Positions 8,289-15,398 of a stretch of DNA of 27,381 bases are shown piece by piece; within the stretch, counting starts at the first letter, position 1; each line of letters starts with the position of its first letter. The notes beneath the pieces were generated by a model that was not told the DNA's origin, searched no databases, and saw nothing but the letters and a program-made list of their open reading frames with translations. The DNA is from an uncultured virus (IMG/VR IMGVR_UViG_3300042540_001015) (lineage: Duplodnaviria; Heunggongvirae; Uroviricota; Caudoviricetes). The position numbers and the translations under genes are program-made. The DNA lies in IMG/VR virus record IMGVR_UViG_3300042540_001015. One strand, written 5' to 3'.

Positions 8289-9911
8289 GTGATTCAGTAC
8301 AACGCCGATGAAGTGTTCGCAGCCGCCGCAAGTCTCGCGGCCCGTGGCTGGAAGGTCGTGAAAATCTACGGCCTCCGCGACGACCTCTCCTGCACCTGCG
8401 CCCGTGGCCGATCGTGCCCGTCGGCCGGAAAACATCCCGTCGATCACGAGTGGCAGACAACCGCCACCGACGACGAGAACACGATCGCCGGGTGGTTCGA
8501 GAACACCAACGCCAACGTCCGCTGGAACATCGGCGTTCGGCTCGGGGCGTCGTCCGGGATCATCGACGTCGAGGCCGACGACGACAACGCACTCCGCGTC
8601 ATGCAGGAGTACGGGCTCGACAAGATTTACACGACGGCGTACCAGGGCTCACGCGGGCCGCACTATCTCTTCGAGTATGAGGAGGCCCTGCCCGCGTCCG
8701 GTGTCGTGAAGGTCGACGGGCTCGAAGTTCGGATCGGGGGCGGCGAGAAGGGCACGCAGAGCGTGTTCCCCATGTCGTGGCACAAGACCGGCGTCCAGTA
8801 CAAGTGGCTCCCGGGTCGATCGCCGGATGAGGTGCTCCCGGCCAAACTGCCTGCCAAGTTCCTGGAGCGAGTCTTCCAGAAGTCTCGACAAGGCACGGGC
8901 GGTGCCGTCGCTCAGGCTCGCGAGGTCTGTGCCGGTGGCGGCGAGGGCGAGGTGATGAAGGTCTCGACCGGCGGCAGGCACGCGTTCCTCGTCGGGCTCG
9001 CCAGCCGCTATTGCTGGCTGATTCGTCCGGAGTACACGGAGGAGCACAAGAGAGAGGTCTGCGACTGGATGCTTTCCCAGAACGATCGCCACTGCGATCC
9101 GCCAAAAAGCCGCGACGAGGTGGTCGCGATTGTGAATAGCCAGTTCGCGTTCTACATGGCGAGGGCGGAGGAGCGTCGAGTCAGGCGGCCCCTGGAGCGG
9201 ATCGGCCTCGTGTGGAACGGCGAGACCGGAGAGTACGAGCCCGGCCAGTGGCGGCTCACCGTGATTCACAGCGACCCGAGGAGTTACAGGCTCTCGATCA
9301 TGCACCCCAAGATTCGAGGGGAGCGAGTTGCCGTTCATATCGACGCCCACACGCTCCGCTCGGCGTCCCTGATGGCTGACGCGATCCTTGCTTCGACGGG
9401 CACGTTCAACCCGGCGACCCCGTCCAGGACAGCCTGGGCGAAGGTCTGGGACGGTGAATCGACTCGCGAGGAGGGCGGCCCCTGGCAGCATACCGAGGGG
9501 CTCCTCGCCCGCCTCCTGGAGGACTGCGAGGAAGAGTTCCCGCCAGCCGAGTGCAAGACCTACGCGAGGACGGCGAACTGCCTCCTGGCCTATCTCAGGA
9601 GGTTCGGGGCCTCAAACTCCGACGACGGAGAACTGGCGGAGACAGGCACTCCACAGTGGATCAAGAACCGCCGGACGGGCCAGGACGAGTTGCTCATCAA
9701 GTGGGAGACCATGTGGGAGGCCGTCTGCAAGAGATACCCGTTCGTGACGAACCGAGACGTGATCGACCTGCGTCGCCGCCTGTTGCAGGTCGTGACGCCG
9801 GGCCTCGATCGGTTCACGGATCGCCTAGAGACGGTCGGGGGCAACCGCAGCCGGTGGATCGTCTGGTCAGACGAGCACCTCCGCGCCCTGGAGAAGTTGT
9901 CGATCGAATGA
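8289..9911 (+). CDS. Bifunctional primase-polymerase (Prim-Pol) with PriCT-like and unknown C-terminal domains
   Basis: ARGWKV, CTC...C...GKHP, NIGVRLG..SGIIDVE.D, GSRGPHYLF; GGRHAFL...NDRHCDPPKS..EV (PriCT-like); AAGGAGG SD. Confidence 0.85.
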   Translation: MIQYNADEVFAAAASLAARGWKVVKIYGLRDDLSCTCARGRSCPSAGKHPVDHEWQTTATDDENTIAGWFENTNANVRWNIGVRLGASSGIIDVEADDDNALRVMQEYGLDKIYTTAYQGSRGPHYLFEYEEALPASGVVKVDGLEVRIGGGEKGTQSVFPMSWHKTGVQYKWLPGRSPDEVLPAKLPAKFLERVFQKSRQGTGGAVAQAREVCAGGGEGEVMKVSTGGRHAFLVGLASRYCWLIRPEYTEEHKREVCDWMLSQNDRHCDPPKSRDEVVAIVNSQFAFYMARAEERRVRRPLERIGLVWNGETGEYEPGQWRLTVIHSDPRSYRLSIMHPKIRGERVAVHIDAHTLRSASLMADAILASTGTFNPATPSRTAWAKVWDGESTREEGGPWQHTEGLLARLLEDCEEEFPPAECKTYARTANCLLAYLRRFGASNSDDGELAETGTPQWIKNRRTGQDELLIKWETMWEAVCKRYPFVTNRDVIDLRRRLLQVVTPGLDRFTDRLETVGGNRSRWIVWSDEHLRALEKLSIE

Positions 9912-9920
9912 AACAAGCCG

Positions 9921-10050
9921 CTTCCTATATAGGAGACCAACAGACCCAAAACGCACTAAATCTAAAGTCCAAAGTTCAAACACACCATTTTCGGGTCAGA
10001 AGTCCCTTTCATGTAAGGGTTTAGGTCTCCTATATAGGAAGAACTTTGGA
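9921..10050. repeat. AT-rich inverted-repeat region, putative replication origin
   Basis: Perfect 18-bp IR CTTCCTATATAGGAGACC (9921-9938 / 10024-10041); 10-bp IR TCCAAAGTTC (9968-9977 / 10041-10050); A tracts in between. Confidence 0.65.
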
Positions 10051-10097
10051 TTGTTCTCTCAGGTTCAACAAGTTCACTTTCTGAGGAGGTAGGCAAG

Positions 10098-11762
10098 ATG
10101 GCGAGCATAGAGAGGTGGATCGGCGGACCTGGGACGGGGAAGACCCGGCTGATCCAGGGCGAACTGACCGCGAGCCGCGAGGCCCTCGGCCTCTCGACGG
10201 CGGAGGTCGGGTGCTGCACGTTCACCCGCGCCGGGCGGGCGGAGTTGAGCGAGCGGGTGGCGGCCTCGTGGGGCTGCGAGCCCGAGGCTCTGACCAAGCA
10301 CGGTTGGTTCCGGACCGCGCACTCGATCGCGTTCAAGCAGGCCCAGATCGAGGAGGGTCGTCTCCTCGAAGGCGGAGACGGGGCCGAGTGGGTCAGCGAC
10401 GCCGTCGGCCAGAAGATCGTCGCCAAGCGGTCCCAGGACGGCGGGACCGAGTTCGAGAGCGGCGAGGGCAACAACTCGGCGACTCTCTCTCTCAGGGCCT
10501 GGGAGTTGGCCCGCCAAACCATGACCACGCTCTCCAGCGTGATCGAGTTGTGGTCGAGCATCGGCGACGACGCCCCGGGGATTTCAGAGGCCGAGTCGAT
10601 CGTCAGGAAGTACGAGATCGCGAAGACCCGCGAAGGGCGTATCGATTTCACCGACTTGGTGAGCCTCTACGCAGGCGTCAAGCACTGCCCGCAGGAGGGC
10701 CCGAGCGAGGTGCAGCCTGTCGGAGACGTTCCCGAGTCTCTCCGCGTCCTCGCGATCGACGAGGCCCAGGACTCGTCGGCGATCGTCGATCGAATCTGCC
10801 GTCGCCTCGCGTCGTCGCCCAACATGGAGAGAGTCTTGATCGTGGGGGACCCGTATCAATCCATCTTCGGTTTCGGCGGCTCAGACTTTCGCCACTTCCT
10901 CGCGTGGGACGCGGAGGAAAAAACGATGGAGCAAAGTTTCCGCTGCCCCGACATCGTGATGAAGTTGGGCGAGTCGTGCATTCGACAAATGAGAACGGGC
11001 TACCGCGACCGGGGCATCAAGCCAGCGACTCACGACGGGCGGATCGAGCACGCGTTTGACGTGACCGACGCGATCTCTCGAATCAAGCCGGACAAGTCGA
11101 CGCTGATCCTCGGCCGGTGTGCGTTCGCTCTCGCCGAGTACGAGGCGGAACTTACGACGGCGGGAATCCCGTACTCGTGGATCGACGCGTCGCCCGGCGG
11201 CAGTGCATTGTCTGGATACAGGGCGTTGTGGGACCTGGAGCACGGCGAGGTCGTGAGCGGACCGGAGTGGGCTGCCGCCGTCGCGATCCTGGCTGTGAAG
11301 CACAAGGAGTTGGGAAAACTCCTGCATCACGGTGAGAAGACCGCCTGGGCGAAGGGGAACAGATCGGACGTCGATCTCGTTCTGCCCATCCCAGAGTACC
11401 TGGAGAGGGCGGGCTGCGAGCAGCCGCTCATCGAACTGATCAAGGCGGGCAGGTGGGCCGAGGCGATGGACACAAAGCACGCCGCGAAGGCTGACGCGTG
11501 GCGGCGATGCGCGGTGTCGCACGGCCCCGAGTTGGCGACGAGCCCGAAGACTCGCCTCTCGACGATCCACTCGGCGAAAGGGTGCGAGGGCGACACGGTG
11601 ATCCTGTCCACGATTTCCTCGAAGGCAGTCGAGACGGCGAGGCTTTCACTCTCTTCGCGATGGGACGAGGAATGCCGCGTGAACTATGTGGCAGTGACCA
11701 GGGCGAGGGAGAATCTGATCGTGGTAGACGACGGAGGAAAGTACCGCCTGGAGTTGCCGTAA
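10098..11762 (+). CDS. UvrD/Rep-like SF1 helicase
   Basis: GGPGTGKT, TFTRA, IDEAQD, VGDPYQSIFGF, STIHSAKGCEGD, EECRVNYVAVTRAR. Confidence 0.92.
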   Translation: MASIERWIGGPGTGKTRLIQGELTASREALGLSTAEVGCCTFTRAGRAELSERVAASWGCEPEALTKHGWFRTAHSIAFKQAQIEEGRLLEGGDGAEWVSDAVGQKIVAKRSQDGGTEFESGEGNNSATLSLRAWELARQTMTTLSSVIELWSSIGDDAPGISEAESIVRKYEIAKTREGRIDFTDLVSLYAGVKHCPQEGPSEVQPVGDVPESLRVLAIDEAQDSSAIVDRICRRLASSPNMERVLIVGDPYQSIFGFGGSDFRHFLAWDAEEKTMEQSFRCPDIVMKLGESCIRQMRTGYRDRGIKPATHDGRIEHAFDVTDAISRIKPDKSTLILGRCAFALAEYEAELTTAGIPYSWIDASPGGSALSGYRALWDLEHGEVVSGPEWAAAVAILAVKHKELGKLLHHGEKTAWAKGNRSDVDLVLPIPEYLERAGCEQPLIELIKAGRWAEAMDTKHAAKADAWRRCAVSHGPELATSPKTRLSTIHSAKGCEGDTVILSTISSKAVETARLSLSSRWDEECRVNYVAVTRARENLIVVDDGGKYRLELP

Positions 11763-12559
11763 TGAAGACCCTGCTCGCGTTTCTCTTGCTCGCCGGTTCT
11801 GTGTTTGCTGGAACGATCGATCCAAAGGCCTCAGATCAGAAGCATCTCGATTACGGGAGCCAGTTCGAGTGCGTTGCCAAAATCTCATGCCGCTACACAA
11901 AGTCCGGCGTCACGGGATGGGCATCGTGCGTCATCATCTCAGAGCACTGGATCGTGACGGCCGCCCACGTCGTCGCGGAAGCCGAAGACTGGGTCGTGTA
12001 CGTCTCCGGCGAGAAGTATCCGCTCGACCGGGTCTACGTTCACGAAGACTTCGAGACAGGCAATGGCAACGACATCGCGGTCGGCCATTCGGAAAGAAAG
12101 ATTGCCCTGTCTTTCTTTCCGGCGTTGTACGGACAGGAGGACGAGCAGGGGCAGGTCGTCTCGATCTGCGGTCACGGCATCGCTGGCACGTTTGCGACCG
12201 GGCACGTCCTGGCCGACGGGAAGAAACGCGCGGGCTCGAACATGGTGGACTACGTCGACCCGAAGGGGCTCCTCGTGTGCTCAGTCGGCAGCGGCACGGC
12301 CACGCAACTGGAGTATCTGATCAGTCCTGGCGACTCGGGCGGCGGCCTATTCGTCGGCAAGGAATTGGCGGGCATCAACTCGGTCGTCATGTCGGTGGGC
12401 AGGGCCCCGCTCTCGAAGTGGGGCGACGAGTCTGGGCACACAAGAATCTCGAAACACAAGGAGTGGATTTGTGAAAGAGTTGCTGTTCGAGAAGGCCCCG
12501 GAGGAGAGGGACGGGCAGGCAAAAAAGAAGGTCTCGAAGCGGAAACGCCAGGAGACTGA
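11762..12559 (+). CDS. Secreted trypsin-like serine protease (S1)
   Basis: Signal peptide MKTLLAFLLLAGSVFA; triad motifs TAAH, NDIA, PGDSGG; TAATG coupling. Confidence 0.88.
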   Translation: MKTLLAFLLLAGSVFAGTIDPKASDQKHLDYGSQFECVAKISCRYTKSGVTGWASCVIISEHWIVTAAHVVAEAEDWVVYVSGEKYPLDRVYVHEDFETGNGNDIAVGHSERKIALSFFPALYGQEDEQGQVVSICGHGIAGTFATGHVLADGKKRAGSNMVDYVDPKGLLVCSVGSGTATQLEYLISPGDSGGGLFVGKELAGINSVVMSVGRAPLSKWGDESGHTRISKHKEWICERVAVREGPGGEGRAGKKEGLEAETPGD

Positions 12560-12968
12560 GGTCGTCTCGACGGCTTCGGACTGGGTCCCGGCCGAGCCCA
12601 AGCCCTACCTCGCCTCGATCGACGGCCACTACTCGTGCGACAAGTGCGGGATCACGCTCCTCGACCTCGTCGAGGTCCGGAAAGTCGACGGCCACGAGAA
12701 ATGGCTCGTGACTTGCGGCTGGTGGTGTATGCACTCTTGGCTCGTCGACCCGATCCCAGGCCTGATCGACGAACAGGACCGCAAGGACACGCAGACGGAA
12801 GCGTTTCGCGTCCGCGACGGCCTGTTTGCGGGCAAGACTTTCGACGAGATTGCGGCGACTGAAGTCGGACTGATGTATATCGAGGGGCTCGTGAAAAAGA
12901 GCAATCGCACCGTCTTGGCAGAAGCGGCCGCAAAATGGTTGACAGAAAACAAAGGACGGATACGATAA
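12471..12968 (+). CDS. Zn-ribbon protein with a small C-terminal GxFxGK domain
   Basis: CDKC...CGWWC; GLFAGKTFDEI...YIEGL resembles DUF3820/ExoX C-terminal-type motifs; AAGGAG SD. Confidence 0.65.
   Translation: MKELLFEKAPEERDGQAKKKVSKRKRQETEVVSTASDWVPAEPKPYLASIDGHYSCDKCGITLLDLVEVRKVDGHEKWLVTCGWWCMHSWLVDPIPGLIDEQDRKDTQTEAFRVRDGLFAGKTFDEIAATEVGLMYIEGLVKKSNRTVLAEAAAKWLTENKGRIR
12939..12966 (+). promoter_or_regulatory. Sigma70-type promoter overlapping a motif variant
   Basis: TTGACA-N16-TACGAT; GGACGGATACG spans the spacer and -10. Confidence 0.6.
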
Positions 12969-12971
12969 CCC

Positions 12972-13044
12972 ACACGTCACGGATTGGCGTGTATGGCCGA
13001 GAGGCCAGCACAACGGAATGGCTGGCCTCTCGGCCTCTTTTTTT
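12972..13044 (+). ncRNA. Candidate two-hairpin sRNA or attenuator leader
   Basis: Lies between a promoter and an intrinsic terminator; both loops contain ACGGA. Confidence 0.45.
12995..13044 (+). terminator. Intrinsic terminator
   Basis: Perfect 15-bp stem GGCCGAGAGGCCAGC/GCTGGCCTCTCGGCC followed by TCTTTTTTT. Confidence 0.8.
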
Positions 13045-13533
13045 ATGCCCGAAATTCTCGACGACTGGACCGTCGCCCAGGCCTGGGAGCACACATACGG
13101 CTCCCGTCCTCGCCCACAGTGGCAGGACATGGACGAGGCCAAACTCTGCGAACTCGACGCCGTAGTCGCCTCGTATTTCGACGACGAGAGTCTCGAAGGA
13201 CGCAAGCGAGGCGCGGCGGCCATGATGTACTTGGAGCCGAGGCTCGTCCGCTCGCAACTGCCGCCTGGACCACGCAAGCGAGAGCGGCAGCACGTCTCAG
13301 AGATCGTGATCCGCTCCCTGACTCGCCACTGCAAGCGGCTCGGACTTCCTGGGCCGTGCTACAGCCACGCGATCCGCTGCCTTCGCAGTTGGTGGCTGGA
13401 ACGGCTCGATGAAGATGACTGGCATCTCATCTGGGACTCGCTCGGCATCAGCGGCGACAACGTGACCGATCAGTCGATTTGGGATTTTTACAAGTTCGCC
13501 GGAGCCCAAGTCCGGTACTCAAGTTGGAGTTAA
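13045..13533 (+). CDS. Unknown protein, paralog A of 14079..14570
   Basis: Shared motifs LDDWTVAQAW, PRLV...LP, WHLIWDSLG, DFYKFAG. Confidence 0.75.
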   Translation: MPEILDDWTVAQAWEHTYGSRPRPQWQDMDEAKLCELDAVVASYFDDESLEGRKRGAAAMMYLEPRLVRSQLPPGPRKRERQHVSEIVIRSLTRHCKRLGLPGPCYSHAIRCLRSWWLERLDEDDWHLIWDSLGISGDNVTDQSIWDFYKFAGAQVRYSSWS

Positions 13534-13536
13534 ACC

Positions 13537-14004
13537 ATGCCCGCAGGCAACCCGCAGGTAATCGAGTCCCTTCAGTCCTCGCTTCGTCTCCACTGGTCGG
13601 CGATCGAGGCCTACCTCGCCCAGAGCGTTCACTTCGCGACCTGGGGCTACCCGAAACTCGCAGCCGTCTACGCAGAAGAGTCCGAGGACGAGAAGGCTCA
13701 CGCCAAGCGTCTCATCGAACGCCTGGAGTTTTTCAACGTCGCCCCGGACATCGACCACGACCCCGTCGAGTGGCCTCGCCACGACTTCCCGGGCGTGCTC
13801 GACGCCAACTACGAGATGGAGTTGCAGGCCACGACCGTCGAGCGTAGCGGCTACACGATCGCCCTGGCGTCCGACGACCCGATCTCGGCGGAGTTGTTCC
13901 GCGTGAACCTCGTGTCGAGCGAGGCCTCGCTCATCGAGATCGAGGCGATCCAAGAGGTGATCGGGCAGATCGGGCTCGACAACTACCTCGCGAACCAGAC
14001 GTGA
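13537..14004 (+). CDS. bfr: Bacterioferritin-like protein with altered metal/heme ligands
   Basis: Gap-free manual alignment to E. coli Bfr (from memory): GNPQVI, WGYPKL, ESEDEKAHAKRLIERL, IGLDNYL; GGAG SD. Confidence 0.85.
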   Translation: MPAGNPQVIESLQSSLRLHWSAIEAYLAQSVHFATWGYPKLAAVYAEESEDEKAHAKRLIERLEFFNVAPDIDHDPVEWPRHDFPGVLDANYEMELQATTVERSGYTIALASDDPISAELFRVNLVSSEASLIEIEAIQEVIGQIGLDNYLANQT

Positions 14005-14078
14005 GTCGCGGCATCGACTAATTAAAAACGGGCACGTTGCCCAAGGGTTGGTTTAGTCACTTACTGGAGGGTTTAGTG

Positions 14079-14570
14079 ATGAAGATTTCTTGTCTTGAAA
14101 ACTGGTCGGTCGCTGACGCGTGGAGAAGTTGCTACCGCGCAGAGCCAAAATTTCCTCTGAAGCCAAGGACGCAGAAGATCGGCGATTACACGGACTGCGA
14201 TCACGCAGTCGCCCGCTGCTTCGGAAGGATTACGAAAGACAGTCTTGCGAAAGCGGACGCGGCCATCCGGACAATTTACCCAAAGTTGGTTCTTTACCCT
14301 CTCCCGAGCGCGGCGGCGACTCCGGCTGAGAAGATCACCTACCTGAAAACCGTAGTCCCGAAGATCGTCGAGGAATACGCGAGAGAAGACGCGATACCGA
14401 AAAGCGAATGGCGGAGGACGGTCGCTGCCTTGAAGCGTTGGGATATGAACGGAGTCGACTACTGGTTCCTCGTCTGGGACGCCTTGGGCGTGGGGCACAG
14501 GGACACAATGGAACTTGAGGACTTCTACAAGTTCGCGGGGCTGATGCTGCAATACACGGATTACGCATAA
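14079..14570 (+). CDS. Unknown protein, paralog B of 13045..13533
   Basis: LENWSVADAW, PKLV...LP, WFLVWDALG, DFYKFAG; GGAGG SD. Confidence 0.75.
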   Translation: MKISCLENWSVADAWRSCYRAEPKFPLKPRTQKIGDYTDCDHAVARCFGRITKDSLAKADAAIRTIYPKLVLYPLPSAAATPAEKITYLKTVVPKIVEEYAREDAIPKSEWRRTVAALKRWDMNGVDYWFLVWDALGVGHRDTMELEDFYKFAGLMLQYTDYA

Positions 14571-14589
14571 GGCTGAAGCGACAGTCTTA

Positions 14590-14619
14590 GTACGGATACA
14601 CGCACCGGCAAGGAGGCCG
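14590..14619 (+). promoter_or_regulatory. Repeated motif followed by an SD-containing mini-hairpin
   Basis: GTACGGATACACG; CGGC-AAGGAG-GCCG. Confidence 0.5.
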
Positions 14620-14621
14620 CG

Positions 14622-15398
14622 ATGCCATTGGTGATTGCAGTTTGGCCCAACGACTCGATTAGCGTTATTCAGTGCCCTGCTGGCTTCAGCATGGCTGAAC
14701 TCTTCTGGGCTATCGACGAAGAGGGCGACCCTACGATTACGAAGTTGTACTTGATCAAGCGAGAGGACAGGTGGTCTCACGCGACTTTTGATTTTGAACG
14801 CTGCGATGATCAGCCGGAATTTTCGTCTGGCGTCATTCGCGTCGCTATGGGAGGCGGAAAGGTGGACGTCAATTCAGGAAAAAGAAAGAGACTTCACTGG
14901 CCCAAGAACATCGTCCGCGATGCGTACAGGTACATGGGATATAGGACCGATGCGCATGAGGCAAAAACCATGACGGGGTCGCAGATTTCTGAAATGCCAG
15001 CAGAACCAACAACCGTGTATGAAGTGAAAGAAATCAGGTCAATGGAGTCATTTTGTGGCGTTTACTTTGCATTTAATGAGGACGGCTCTTGCCATTACGT
15101 CGGAGAGGCCGAGGACGTCACGGGCAGAGTCCGACAAAGCAGAGAAGAAATTGGCTCAAGAAAGATTGGATTCATTCGCTGCGAGTTGCACGAGAGAAAG
15201 CGAATTGAGGCATATTTCGTAGCCATGCTCGACCCTCCTGGAAATGGTATTTCTACGCACAGGATGCTCAAGTCGGCTGAAGAGAAAAAAGCAAAGAAAA
15301 AAGCCAGGATGCTTCAGCGGATTGAAGAGAAAAAAGCAAAAAGCACGGACGTCAATGTCGGTCAAAACCCTCTCCAAGAAACACAAGCCGTACTCTGA
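14622..15398 (+). CDS. Protein with a C-terminal GIY-YIG-like nuclease domain
   Basis: CGVYFAF...CHYVGEAEDVTGRV...IEAYFVAMLDPPGN; visibly more AT-rich than flanking genes. Confidence 0.65.
   Translation: MPLVIAVWPNDSISVIQCPAGFSMAELFWAIDEEGDPTITKLYLIKREDRWSHATFDFERCDDQPEFSSGVIRVAMGGGKVDVNSGKRKRLHWPKNIVRDAYRYMGYRTDAHEAKTMTGSQISEMPAEPTTVYEVKEIRSMESFCGVYFAFNEDGSCHYVGEAEDVTGRVRQSREEIGSRKIGFIRCELHERKRIEAYFVAMLDPPGNGISTHRMLKSAEEKKAKKKARMLQRIEEKKAKSTDVNVGQNPLQETQAVL

Noticed and set aside
12972..13044. Known riboswitch class (fluoride, ZTP, preQ1, yybP)
   Set aside because: No consensus elements recognised by eye; an Rfam search is needed for certainty.
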